A stretch of 64,000 bases of DNA from Macrostomum hystrix (GCA_950097015.1 CATNEN010000041.1:1984001-2048000), one strand, 5' to 3'. Counted from the stretch's first letter, positions 25,722 through 38,526 are shown. Numbers and translations: made by a program. The notes: generated by a model not told the origin, from the sequence alone.

Positions 25722-26945
25722 TCAGCCAGCAGTGCCTTCTGAGCAGGCTGAGGCGTCAGTATTTGCAGCCGCATGGCTCCTGCCGGTGCTCAAAACGGCG
25801 CTTCGGGGCTGAGTTCCGCCGCCGCTTGACCGGACCGGCGGAGCGCCATAGGCGGATGCGCGTTGCCGGCCCCAGCTGCCTCGGCAGCAGAGCAGCTCCA
25901 TCGAGGCCCGCTTGAACTGTGCGCTGCGTGACAGCAGAACAAAGACGGTGACGCACTGGTTGACCAGAGCCAGGCACATGCTTGAATAAGCCAGGTTGGT
26001 TACCCGCGTCAGGTATTCCTCGTTCTTCAGGATATCCAAGGTATCCAGTCCTACCTCCATGATCGGACGGAGGATCATCAGGGGCATGTGCAGAGCCAGG
26101 TAGACGCAGCCGAGAATGAGCACAACCACGGTGCCGCTCGTGTCGGCAGCTCCGGTCTGCGGCTGTCCGGAGGTCAGAGCGCTCCGGTTCCTGAGAATAG
26201 CAGTCACCTTGTACAGCAGAATCAGGTCCAAAACTAGGATGACGAGAATGAATGCAGTTGGAGGATTGGACATGATGGTGGTGAAGTACATCATGAACAT
26301 GCGAGACTCTGGCAAGTGGTAGCAGTAGATCAAGCCAATGCCGGGCATGTAGATGTACTGATGGCCGGTGAAAATAATATTCGGCACAGAGCCGAGCACA
26401 GCCATGAGCAAGGTGACCAGCAGCGCTGCTACGGCCCAGCGCCTACCGACCTGCTTCATGGCCAGCGGTCGCAGAACCACCAGCACGCGGTCGCTGACCA
26501 GCACCAGCAGCCACAGGCAGGTCAGCAGGTGGAGAAAGTTGGTGGCACCGCGTGTCACTTTGCATGCGGCATCGCTCAAGTTGTACAGCATGAAGGACAA
26601 TCGACCGCGAGTCAGCCATGGTAGACCCTTGTTTAAGAGGCCGTTGAATATTCCGTTGAAGGTGAGCGACAGCAGGTCCGCGATGGCGATGCAGCCGAGG
26701 TACAGGTTCTGTCGGCTGACAGGCCGCAGACGCGCCAGCATGAGGTAGGCCACGAGCAGATTACCAGCTGTGCCGACAAGCAGCAGGAGCGGCATGAGGA
26801 CGGCCGACAGAGCGCCGACCACGATGGACAGGACGCAGTTGAGCATGCGGGACGGCTGGCCGCTGTTGCAGTCCCTGACCATTCCCAGGCCGTTCTCCAG
26901 GAATTCGATTCGCATGGCGGCGCCAACTCGACTTGCGTTGCTCAT
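25722..26945 (-). CDS. Class A (rhodopsin-like) 7TM receptor, copy A, single coding exon, 407 aa
   Basis: Seven hydrophobic segments; GTAGN (TM1), IAIAD (TM2), conserved Cys before TM3, SDRV..RP (DRY-like), TM4 Trp, ECL2 Cys, TM6 Pro. TTCTTTAG acceptor about 40 nt upstream of the ATG. Confidence 0.9.
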   Translation of the reverse strand: MSNASRVGAAMRIEFLENGLGMVRDCNSGQPSRMLNCVLSIVVGALSAVLMPLLLLVGTAGNLLVAYLMLARLRPVSRQNLYLGCIAIADLLSLTFNGIFNGLLNKGLPWLTRGRLSFMLYNLSDAACKVTRGATNFLHLLTCLWLLVLVSDRVLVVLRPLAMKQVGRRWAVAALLVTLLMAVLGSVPNIIFTGHQYIYMPGIGLIYCYHLPESRMFMMYFTTIMSNPPTAFILVILVLDLILLYKVTAILRNRSALTSGQPQTGAADTSGTVVVLILGCVYLALHMPLMILRPIMEVGLDTLDILKNEEYLTRVTNLAYSSMCLALVNQCVTVFVLLSRSAQFKRASMELLCCRGSWGRQRASAYGAPPVRSSGGGTQPRSAVLSTGRSHAAANTDASACSEGTAG

Positions 26946-27254
26946 TGCTGCCAGCTTATTTCGACCAGCTCCTGTGATGCTCCCTAAAGAATAGACACCT
27001 GAAGGCTATGCGGACTCCCGTCTAATATTTCATAGTTGTCTCCATGCTGATCCACAGATGGCCAATAGCATCGCTAGATAACTACTGACTGTCCAATGAC
27101 TTCTCAGGGCTAACCTGCTCAAAGCCCGAGGGAATTCCGCCTGCTTTGTAAAAATAGTTGATCACAGCCACACATGACATTGCCTTACTGCCCGATATCA
27201 GACTTTACAGCCAGGATTTTCTGGCAGACTTAACTGTCAGGCTTTAGTGTCGGA

Positions 27255-28605
27255 TATCACTGTCATGCCTTACTCTCAGATGTCACTGTCATGCCTTACT
27301 GTCAGATGTCACTGATGTACCTTACTGTCAGATGTCACTGATATGCCTTACTGTCAGATGTCACTGATATGCCTTACTGTCAGATGTCACTGATATGCCT
27401 TACTGTCAGATGTCACTGATATGCCTTACTGTCAGATGTCCCTGTCATGCCTTACTGTCAGATGTCACTGATGTACCTTACTGTCAGATGTCACTGATGT
27501 ACCTTACTGTCAGATGTCACTGTCATGCCTTACTCTCAGATGTCACTGTCATGCCTTACTGTCAGATGTCACTGATGTACCTTACTGTCAGATGTCACTG
27601 ATGTACCTTACTGTCAGATGTCACTGATGTACCTTACTGTCAGATGTCACTGATGTACCTTACTGTCAGATGTCACTGATGTACCTTACTGTCAGATGTC
27701 ACTGATGTACCTTACTGTCAGATGTCACTGATGTACCTTACTGTCAGATGTCACTGATGTACCTTACTGTCAGATGTCACTGATGTACCTTACTGTCAGA
27801 TGTCACTGTCTTGCCTTACTGTCAGATGTCACTGATGTACCTTACTGTCAGATGTCACTGATGTACCTTACTGTCAGATGTCACTGATGTACCTTACTGT
27901 CAGATGTCACTGATGTACCTTACTGTCAGATGTCACTGATGTACCTTACTGTCAGATGTCACTGTCTTGCCTTACTGTCAGATGTCACTGATGTACCTTA
28001 CTGTCAGATGTCACTGATGTACCTTACTGTCAGATGTCACTGATGTACCTTACTGTCAGATGTCACTGATGTACCTTACTGTCAGATGTCACTGATGTAC
28101 CTTACTGTCAGATGTCACTGATGTACCTTACTGTCAGATGTCACTGATGTACCTTACTGTCAGATGTCACTGATGTACCTTACTGTCAGATGTCACTGTC
28201 TTGCCTTACTGTCAGATGTCACTGATGTACCTTACTGTCAGATGTCACTGATGTACCTTACTGTCAGATGTCACTGATGTACCTTACTGTCAGATGTCAC
28301 TGATGTACCTTACTGTCAGATGTCACTGATGTACCTTACTGTCAGATGTCACTGATGTACCTTACTGTCAGATGTCACTGATGTACCTTACTGTCAGATG
28401 TCACTGATGTACCTTACTGTCAGATGTCACTGATGTACCTTACTGTCAGATGTCACTGATGTACCTTACTGTCAGATGTCACTGATGTACCTTACTGTCA
28501 GATGTCACTGATGTACCTTACTGTCAGATGTCACTGATGTACCTTACTGTCAGATGTCACTGATGTACCTTACTGTCAGATGTCACTGTCTTGCCTTACT
28601 GTCAG
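27255..28605. repeat. 26-bp satellite CTTACTGTCAGATGTCACTGATGTAC, array A
   Basis: About 52 copies, mostly the ATGTAC variant; upstream of GPCR copy A. Confidence 0.98.
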
Positions 28606-29114
28606 GCTTTACAGTCGACTCTATGAAAAAAGAATTTTTAAATTAAGTGTTGTGTAAAGCTTGTCGCGGTTAAACAAGACGAATGACTGACAGATGAGAC
28701 AAGAGCTGCGAAAGTGATGCTTTTGAGCTGACTTCATCAGCGCGGAGTGGCCTCGGCCAAGCGGTTGAGCTGTGCGCTGCTTCCTGATGCGTTTAATTAA
28801 CACCTGCGCCAGCAAGATAAACGCTTGCACTGCATTTTCATGCTCCGAGTGCTTTCCTGGAATCGATTCGACGATCAGCCAGGTGAAAAAATCTTCCGTT
28901 TGTGTTTTTACACGTTGTCAGAGGAGCATTTCGTACTACTAAAAGTAAAAAGTATAAATGTGATCTTTGAAGACCAAAAGCTGCAAGGTGGTGAAATAAT
29001 AATTATTGGTCGCAACTCATAGTTCCTAGAAATACACAGTGTTACGACCATGTTATTAATTTTTTTAATTCTTTACTTTTAGATGTTCGAAGACAAACAT
29101 ATCTCTATAAATCG

Positions 29115-30765
29115 CCCATATTCCAAGATCTACCAGATCCCATGATTCCCAAATCCCACGATTCCTTAATCCCACAATTCCCAAATCCCAGAATTCCCAA
29201 ATCCCACGATTCCCAGATCCCACGATTCCCAGATCCCACGATTCCCAAATCCCACGATTCCTTAATCCCACAATTCCCAAATCCCAGAATTCCCAAATCC
29301 CACGATTCCCAGATCCCACGATTCCCAGATCCCACGATTCCCAGATCCAACGATTCCCAGATCCCACGATTCCTAGATCCCACGATTCCCAGATCCCACG
29401 ATTCCCAGATCCCACGATTCCCAGATCCTACGATTTTCAAATCGCACGATTCCCAGATCCCACGATTCCCAGATCCCACTATTCTCAGATCCCACGATTC
29501 CCAGATCCCACGATTCCCAGATCCCACGATTCCCAGATCCCACGATTCCCAGATCATACGATTCCCAGATCACACGATTCCCAGATCCCGAAATTCCCTG
29601 ATCCCAAGATTCCCAAACCCCAGGATTCCCAGATCACTCAATTCCCAGATCACTCAATTCCCAGATCACTCGATTCCCAAATCCCAAAATTCCTAGATCC
29701 TTCAATTCCTAGATCTTACAATCAATTACCAGTTCCCACAATTCCCAAATCCTACGATTTTCAAATCGCACGATTTCCAGATCCCAAGATTCCCAGATCA
29801 CACGATTCCGAGATCCCAAGATTCCCGCATCCCACGATTCCCATATCTAGCGATTTCAAATCCCACGATTCCCAAATCCCAGAATTCCCAGATCCCATGA
29901 TTCCCAAATCCCACGATTCCTTAATTCCACAATTCCCAAATCCCAGAATTCCCAGATCGCACGATTCCCAGATCCCACGATTCCCAGATCCCACGATTCC
30001 CAGATCCAACGATTCCCAGATCCCACGATTCCTAGATCCCACGATTCCCAGATCCCACGATTCCCAGATCCCACGATTCCCAGATCCCACGATTCTCAGA
30101 TCCCACGATTCCCAGATCCCACGATTCCCAGATCCCACGATTCCCAGATCCCACGATTCCCAGATCCCACGATTCCCAGATCATACGATTCCCAGATCAC
30201 ACGATTCCCAGATCCCGAAATTCCCTGATCCCAAGATTCCCAAACCCCAGGATTCCCAGATCACTCGATTCAAAGATCACTCAATTCCCAGATCACTCGA
30301 TTCCCAAATCCCAAAATTCCTAGATCCTTCAATTCCTAGATCTTACAATTACCAGTTCCCACAATTCCCAAATCCTACGATTTTCAAATCGCACGATTTC
30401 CAGATCCCAAGATTCCCAGATCACACGATTCCGAGATCCCAAGATTCCCACATCCCACGATTCCTATATCTAGCGATTTCAAATCCCACGATTCCCAAAT
30501 CCCAGAATTCCCAGATCCCATGATTCCCAAATCCCACGATTCCTTAATCCCACAATTCCCTAATCCCAGAATTCCCAGATCCCACGACTTCCAAATCCCA
30601 CGACTTCCAAATCCCACGACTTCCAAATCTTACGATTCCCAAATCCCACACTTCCCAAATCCCAGAATTCCCCGATCCCATGATTCCCAAATTCCACGAT
30701 TACTAAATCCCACGATTCCCAAATCCTACGATTGCCAGATCCCATGATTCCCAGATCCCAATGAG
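29115..30765. repeat. 16-bp satellite ATTCCCAGATCCCACG with higher-order duplication
   Basis: About 100 degenerate units; blocks starting ~29142, ~29897 and ~30520 repeat the same variant order. Confidence 0.95.
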
Positions 30766-31292
30766 TCCTAGGTCCTCAACGCTGCTCAATCCTGAGTTGT
30801 CGATGTGATTCACCGATCACAAAATTCATAGATTTCACGATCCCAGTGGTTAATCCCTCCGTTTCTTTCACTAACTGGAAAATCGATATTTCTCTCGAAA
30901 CCAGAAGGTGCAGCTATAAAACTCGAGACTCCAAATTATTTTTTCTCGGTTCGAAGAAGGCCAATGCAATGAGTCGCAGTTCAGTCGATTCGCACTTTAT
31001 TTTCCTCTCTTTGACGTAGCCGCAGCTACTGAAGTGAAGCAACCCGAGAGGCAAAATCTAATTCACCTTTGTGATATCTGGCATTGAACCACGGGTGCAA
31101 AAACACAAAGCAGAATTTGTTTGCCGTGGGTCGGGTTTCACTTGCTCCCCCAGCAACTTCGATCCCCGATGTGCTCCGTGTGAATGAGGAATTCGTGAAT
31201 CTATAGCTGAATCTACGAGAATAATATCATTTCCCTCGTATGTGCTTTCATCAGCCAGGTGATTCGGTTTGTGTCGTTGTGCCATTGCGCTC

Positions 31293-32492
31293 TCAGCTGG
31301 AATCCCCAGATCCATCTCGCATAGCTGAAGTCATCGTCTCCATGGGAATTCCCGACTCTGGTCGAGTCGCTCTCCCGGAGTGGACGCTCTCCGGGATGCC
31401 GTAGGACGAGGCTTCTGGGCCACGAGGGCGACAGCGGAGCAGCTCTAGAACGGCCTTCTTGAACCCGGTGTTCCGAGCATGCAGGACAAAGACGCTGACG
31501 CACTGGTTCACCAGGGTCAGGCAGATGCAGGTGTAGGTCAAGTTGCCCACCATTGTGATGTAAGTCACATCAGCATTCCTGTCCAGAGCGTCAAAGGCCA
31601 CTTCAAGCATGGGCCTCATAATGAGCAGCGGGGTGTGCAGTGCCAGGTAGATGCATGCCAGGATGAGCACAATAATTGTGCCGCTCGTAGCTGCTCTGCC
31701 TGTCTTTACCTGACCGCAGGTGAGGGCGCTGCGTTGTCTCAGGGCTGCGGTCACCTTGCGCAGCAGAATCAGGTCCAGTGCCAGTATGATCAAAATCAGA
31801 GCAGTTGGAGGGCTTGACACGATGACAGTGAAAAAAATCATTAACCGGCGCGCCTGTGGGCTCACGAAGCAGTATTGAACCAAGGCGGCTGGGAATTGAG
31901 CATATTGGTGTCCGGCCATCACAAAATTTGGCACAGCGATTAGCGCAGCCATGAGCAGGGTGACCAGCAGCGCTGCTACGGCCCAGCGCCTACCGACCTG
32001 CTTCATGGCCAGCGGTCGCAGAACCACCAGCACGCGGTCGCTGACCAGCACCAGCAGCCACAGGCAGGTCAGCAGGTGGAGAAAGTTGGTGGCACCGCGT
32101 GTCGCTTTGCATGCGGCATCGCTCAAGTTGTACAGCATGAAGGACAATCGACCGCGAGTCAGCCATGGTAGACCCTTGTTTAAGAGGCCGTTGAATATTC
32201 CGTTGAAGGTGAGCGACAGCAGGTCCGCGATGGCGATGCAGCCGAGGTACAGGTTCTGTCGGCTGACAGGCCGCAGACGCGCCAGCATGAGGTAGGCCAC
32301 GAGCAGATTACCAGCTGTGCCGACAAGCAGCAGGAGCGGCATGAGGACGGCCGACAGAGCGCCGACCACGATGGACAGGACGCAGTTGAGCATGCGGGAC
32401 GGCTGGCCGCTGTTGCAGTCCCTGACCATTCCCAGGCCGTTCTCCAGGAATTCGATTCGCATGGCGGCGCCAACTCGACTTGCGTTGCTCAT
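31293..32492 (-). CDS. Class A-like 7TM receptor, copy B, 399 aa
   Basis: Same motifs as copy A; N-terminal ~185 aa identical except V/A in ACK(V/A)TR; C-terminal half divergent but colinear. Confidence 0.9.
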   Translation of the reverse strand: MSNASRVGAAMRIEFLENGLGMVRDCNSGQPSRMLNCVLSIVVGALSAVLMPLLLLVGTAGNLLVAYLMLARLRPVSRQNLYLGCIAIADLLSLTFNGIFNGLLNKGLPWLTRGRLSFMLYNLSDAACKATRGATNFLHLLTCLWLLVLVSDRVLVVLRPLAMKQVGRRWAVAALLVTLLMAALIAVPNFVMAGHQYAQFPAALVQYCFVSPQARRLMIFFTVIVSSPPTALILIILALDLILLRKVTAALRQRSALTCGQVKTGRAATSGTIIVLILACIYLALHTPLLIMRPMLEVAFDALDRNADVTYITMVGNLTYTCICLTLVNQCVSVFVLHARNTGFKKAVLELLRCRPRGPEASSYGIPESVHSGRATRPESGIPMETMTSAMRDGSGDSS

Positions 32493-32804
32493 TGCTGCCA
32501 GCTTATTTCGACCAGCTCCTGTGATGCCCCCTAAAGAATAGACACCTGAAGGCTATGCGGACTCCCGCCTAATATTTCATAGTTGTCTCCATGCTGATCC
32601 ACAGATGGCCAATAGCATCGCTAGATAACTACTGACTGTCCAATGACTTCTCAGGGCTAACCTGCTCAAAGCCCGAGGGAATTCCGCCTGCTTTGTAAAA
32701 ATAGTTGATCACAGCCACACATGACATTGCCTTACTGCCCGATGTCAGACTTTACAGCCAGGATTTTCTGGCAGACTTAACTGTCAGGCTTTAGTGTCGG
32801 ATAT

Positions 32805-34857
32805 CACTGCCTTACTCTCAGATGTCACTGTCATGCCTTACTGTCAGATGTCACTGATGTACCTTACTGTCAGATGTCACTGATATGCCTTACTGTCAGA
32901 TGTCACTGATATGCCTTACTGTCAGATGTCACTGATATGCCTTACTGTCAGATGTCACTGTCTTGCCTTACTGTCAGATGTTACTGTCATGCCTTACTCT
33001 CAGATGTCACTGTCATGCCTTACTGTCAGATGTGACTGACATGCCTTACTGTCAGATGTCACTGATATGCCTTACTGTCAGATGTCACTGTCTTGATTAC
33101 TGTCAGATGTCACTGATATGCCTTACTGTCAGATGTGACTGACATGCCTTACTGTCAGATGTCACTGTCATGCCTTACTGTCAGATGTCACTGTCATGCC
33201 TTACTGTCAGATGTCACAGTCATGCCTTACTGTCAGATGTCACTGTCATGCCTTACTGTCAGATGTCACTGATATGCCTTACTGTCAGATGTCACTGTCA
33301 TGTCTTACTCTCAGATGTGATTGTCAGATGTCACTGTCTTGCCTTACTGTCAGATGTCACTGATGTACCTTACTGTCAGATGTCACTGATGTACCTTACT
33401 GTCAGATGTCACTGATGTACCTTACTGTCAGATGTCACTGATGTACCTTACTGTCAGATGTCACTGATGTACCTTACTGTCAGATGTCACTGATGTACCT
33501 TACTGTCAGATGTCACTGATGTACCTTACTGTCAGATGTCACTGTCATGCCTTACTGTCAGATGTCACTGATGTACCTTACTGTCAGATGTCACTGATGT
33601 ACCTTACTGTCAGATGTCACTGATGTACCTTACTGTCAGATGTCACTGTCATGCCTTACTGTCAGATGTCACTGATGTACCTTACTGTCAGATGTCACTG
33701 ATGTACCTTACTGTCAGATGTCACAGTCATGCCTTACTGTCAGATGTCACTGATGTACCTTACTGTCAGATGTCACTGTCATGCCTTACTGTCAGATGTC
33801 ACTGTCATGCCTTACTGTCAGATGTCACTGATGTACATTACTGTCAGATGTCACTGATGTACCTTACTGTCAGATGTCACTGATGTACCTTACTGTCAGA
33901 TGTCACTGATGTACCTTACTGTCAGATGTCCCTGTCATGCCTTACTGTCAGATGTCCCTGTCATGCCTTACTGTCAGATGTCCCTGTCATGCCTTACTGT
34001 CAGATGTCCCTGTCATGCCTTACTGTCAGATGTCCCTGTCATGCCTTACTGTCAGATGTCCCTGTCATGCCTTACTGTCAGATGTCACTGTCATGCCTTA
34101 ATGTCAGATGTCACTGTCTTGCCTTACTGTCAGAAGTCACTGATGTACCTTACTGTCAGATGTCACTGATGTACATTACTGTCAGATGTCACTGATGTAC
34201 CTTACTGTCAGATGTCACTGATGTACCTTACTGTCAGATGTCACTGTCATGCCTTACTGTCAGATGTCCCTGTCATGCCTTACTGTCAGATGTCACTGTC
34301 ATGCCTTACTGTCAGATGTCACTGATATGCCTTACTGTCAGATGTCACTGTCTTGCCTTACTGTCAGATGTCACTGATGTACCTTACTGTCAGATGTCAC
34401 TGTCATGCCTTAATGTCAGATGTCACTGTCTTGCCTTACTGTCAGAAGTCACTGATGTACCTTACTGTCAGATGTCACTGATGTACATTACTGTCAGATG
34501 TCCCTGTCATGCCTTACTGTCAGATGTCACTGTCATGCCTTACTGTCAGATGTCCCTGTCATGCCTTACTGTCAGATGTCACTGTCGTGCCTTACTGTCA
34601 GATGTCCCTGTCATGACTTACTGTCAAATGTCACTGTCGTGCCTTACTGTCAGATGTCACTGATGTACCTTACTGTCAGATGTCCCTGTCATGACTTACT
34701 GTCAGATGTCACTGATGTACCTTACTGTCAGATGTCACTGTCATGCCTTACTGTCAGATGTCACTGATGTACCTTACTGTCAGATGTCACTGTCGTGCCT
34801 TACTGTCAGATGTCACTGTCATGCCTTACTGTCAGATGTCACTGTCATGCCTTACTG
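32805..34857. repeat. 26-bp satellite, array B (same family as array A)
   Basis: About 79 copies with mixed ATGTAC/TCATGC/TCTTGC variants; upstream of GPCR copy B. Confidence 0.98.
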
Positions 34858-35168
34858 GACCCGGACAGCGAGAACTAGAAACTAGTTTCCAGCGAGCCCT
34901 TACCGCGAGCCCTTAACGCTCATAGAAAACAAAGGCAAGCTCACGACATAGTTGCTCTTTTAAAATGATTTATTAAGCTTGACTTATTTCATTAAAGATG
35001 GATTTCTGAACTGAAAACTTTGTTCAAGGCTTTAGTAGGTCATGGCAGTGACCATGTGGCCAGAACAGGTGTGGCTCTGAGGCCCACCACAGAGTATAAC
35101 ACTTTAAGAAATAAGTAAGATTTTGGTAGGATAGTAGGGACGATTTTTGTTTTTTTTTCGATTTTTCG

Positions 35169-35236
35169 AGTCCAGTCCAGTCCAGTCCAGTCCAGTCCAG
35201 TCCAGTCCAGTCCAGTCCAGTCCAGTCCAGTCCAGT
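35169..35236. repeat. (AGTCC)n microsatellite abutting the stop codon of the Gly-rich gene copy 1
   Basis: About 13 copies; on the sense (minus) strand TGC-TGA-ACTGG-ACTGG... Confidence 0.97.
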
Positions 35237-37874
35237 TCAGCAGAGTGCACCGATTAGTCGAATGACCACCTGGCCGTGCTGGTCGGTGTTGCCGCCTGTG
35301 ATGCCGATGCAGTCGCTGCCGGAACAGAAGGAGCCACCGCCGCCTCCAGGCCAGCTATTGAAGTAGCTGGTGGCTCCTCCGCTGAAGCCCCCACCGGCTC
35401 CGGAGGCTCCATAGACAGACGTGGCATCTCCACCGCCACCACCGCCTCCGAATCCGCCCACTCCGGTGTTCGACCTGCCAGCCGCGCCGCCCACCCAGCC
35501 CTCAGCTCGACTGCCGCCTCTATCGCCGTCGTTGTTGGATCTCCTGGCATTGACGGGCTTTCCCAGCCAGCCGGCACCGCAGCCTCCGTGGTTGTGCGTG
35601 AAGGGCATGAGGCTCGGGTTGTTGTATCCGGGCTGACCGTCGGTTCCTTTGTAACAAGTCGGCATTGCGCAACTTTCGACGGAAGATCCGTTGGTTCCCG
35701 CCTCCCCTGGGAGTCCTGCATAGGATTTAAATAAAGCATGATACGAAAAAAGTTCCGCGTTTCCATCGTTCGATGAGACCAACTTCACCAGCCATTGCTC
35801 GTAGTTCCCCCGGCACATCAGAAGTGCAAAACACAGCCTTCATATGCCGTAAACCATGTCATGGATGGTTATGGAGTAACTATGGGTACGCTAGAATCGT
35901 TATTAACAATTTCTAGAAAATCTACTAACGGTGGTCAGGGCTAAGGGCTACGGGCCTAGAGCTAGGAAAGGCGAACTTGATAACTTTTGTTCAACTTTAT
36001 TAGACAGTTAAGTTAAAAAATACAAAGTTGTATCAATAAAAAACGGTTGCTAGGCGCCTCACCTGCAGCCGAAGAAGTCCCAGAGCCTCCACCTCCAGCA
36101 GCGATCAGCAACAGCGAGTCCACCGTCCGGTACACGAAGCTGCCACCGCCGCCGCCGCCTCCAGAATATAAGATTCTGGGCGGGCCGCCGGCCTGACCGA
36201 CTACGACCGTCAGTTCGGTGAGGGAAGTCAAGCTGAAGGTCCCTGACATGACAGCGCCGTTGCCTCCAGCCCTTCCAGAGTTGGTTCCTCCCTTTGCGCC
36301 CGACGCTTCGATGCGATAGCAGCCGCTAGAGGGAATCGTCAGGAACTGGATGGAGCCGAACCTGCCGGTGCCGCTGTCTGTTGGGATTCCAACGATAAAA
36401 TGTGAAAGGTTTTCTCAAATCGAACTGCTCCTGCAGCTCACTTAGTACTGCACTCTTCAACTTATTATATTCGCCGGCTCTTTTTGCCAAGTCAAGTTGC
36501 AGAAGAAACACACGATAACAGTGAGTCCGAAATGGCTTCTTCATCTTCCATTTCGTTTGATCTATGCTTTTAAGTGTCATTACTTTAAATCTGGCACCGA
36601 GTTCAGACCCGAAAAGACTTTCTGTGAGCGAAAAATATACTCACTCTGGAACACCATTGTGATGTTCTGAAGCCTCTTTGTGATGAACTCGCTGAAATTC
36701 TTCACCGTCCACACCTCGGCGCCGTCCTCGGATCCCATGAGTCTCTCCGCGTGAGTCCCTGCCGGCCACGGCTCCTGAGACGCGTCGTTCACCAGCAGCA
36801 GCTGACATTGGCGCGAGCTGGGAATGAACGAAGCAAGCGGGCAGCGCACACTCAGGCAACGAATCAGGCACTGGAACTGCCACTGCACGCCTGTCAAGGT
36901 GATGACCTCGCTGCTCGTGGCGTTGCTCACCAGGACGGGCCCAGAGGCTTTCGTGTACTCTGTGCTTGAGACGGACTGCGAGAGCGCGACTGCAACGTTT
37001 TGTAAACGAGAACGCAGAGGATCAGGAGTGGGCGACCGTGGGCCAGGTTCAGCTCCAGAGAATGCAGAGGATCAGGAGTGGGCGACCGTGAGCCAGGTTC
37101 AGGTCCAGAGAATGCAGAAGATCAGGAGTGGGCGACCGTGAGCCAGGTTCAGCTCCAGAGAACGCAGAGGATCAGGAGTGGGCGACCGTGAGCCAGGTTC
37201 AGGTCCAGAGAATGCAGAAGATCAGGAGTGGGCGACCGTGAGCCAGGTTCAGCTCCAGAGAACGCAGAGGATCAGGAGTGGGCGACCGTGAGCCAGGTTC
37301 AGCTCCAGAGAATGCAGAGGATCAGGAGTGGGCGACCGTGAGCCAGGTTCAGCTCCAGAGAATGCAGAATATCAGGAGTGGGCGACCGTGAGCCAGGTTC
37401 AGCTCCAGGGAATGCAGAAGATCAGGAGTGGGCGACCGTGAGCCAGGTTCAGGTCCAGAGAATGCAGAAGATCAGGAGTGGGCGACCGTGAGCCAGGTTC
37501 AGCTCCAGAGAATGCAGAAGATCAGGAGTGGGCGACCGTGAGCCAGGTTCAGGTCCAGAGAATGCAGAGGATCAGGAGTGGGCGACCGTGAGCCAGGTTC
37601 AGGTCCAGCTTCAACTTTGATTGCAAATTAGACAATTCAGAAATTTCTATTTGAAGTGTCTTCAAGAACCGCATTATCGAGTAATGAGCAAGATATTTTG
37701 CCATGACAAAATTCAATTATAAACCCGATAGGCCTAGTAAGCAGGAGGAAGCTCATACATTCGAATTCATGGATTGAAACTGCAACCGACACGTTGATTG
37801 TGCTGAAGCTCAGCTTGCTCACCTGAATCGTTGGCCAGGAAGCAGAGAAGCAGGGCAAAGCTCCACAGAAACAT
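35237..37874 (-). CDS. Secreted PAN/apple-like plus ALK/LTK-type glycine-rich domain protein, copy 1 (intact)
   Basis: Four exons, all introns phase 1: 37874-37823 (MFLWSFALLLCFLANDS, signal-like), 36989-36645 (CLIRCLSVRCPLASFIPSSRQCQL, PAN-like), 36377-36063 (IQFLTIPSSGCYRIEASGAKGG..SGTFSL..LTVVVGQAGG..GGGGSFV..LLIAAGGGG), 35715-35237 (GGFGGGG, GGGFSGG, GGGGGSF..GQVVI). AATAAA about 260 nt past the stop. Confidence 0.85.
37010..37608. repeat. 50-bp intronic minisatellite GAGAA(C/T)GCAGAGGATCAGGAGTGGGCGACCGTGAGCCAGGTTCAGCTCCA
   Basis: About 12 copies in intron 1 of the Gly-rich gene copy 1. Confidence 0.97.
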
Positions 37875-38526
37875 GCGTGCGGCTCGCTCTAAATCTGTTT
37901 TTAGTTCAGGGAATGGGACAGAATCGAAGGATTCCCGACCCTGGCATTGCATACCCTGACTGCAGCTCGCCACCTCTTAAGTGCTGATTAGGAGCGGATG
38001 CTTGAGACTTCTCATTGGCTGTTGCTATGGTGGATACAACAGATACTGCCTGTTTGTTGTTCTGCCTGTGCACTGACGACTCACTTCCTTGGAAAAACAA
38101 TTCAGCTCACACTCGCTCGCAGATGCTTTGAAGCTTTCTGAGCTTGCTCAACTGAGAGATGCTCAGAGTGACACAGTTGAATTATCGGCTAAGATTTTTG
38201 CGTCACACCAGAGGGACCCAGCTGCTACCTCTCACTCTCGCGTTTCAGCTGTGCTTCTCGATGGGAGGCTGAGTTTAATCGTCTGTGTCGCAGCGCAGCG
38301 CGCAGTTATTTTATTATCGTTTCTGCTGAAATTTCAGCTTCATTTTTGCGCTTTTATCAGCCACTCATTTTCACGAGTGAATTCACTCCATAAACTCCCT
38401 GAGCACATTGGCACAGAAAACAAAGGCGTGCATCTTACTCTACTCTCAGCATCAGACACCGTGCGAGCTGTAAATTTATACTTCGGCTACTCAAGTTACT
38501 CAATCTACTACTCGGTAGGGAGGTGG

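Noticed and set aside
31058-31315. ORF overlapping the end of GPCR copy B as a possible frameshifted tail
   Set aside because: Copy B already ends at a length similar to copy A, and there is no homology supporting an extension.
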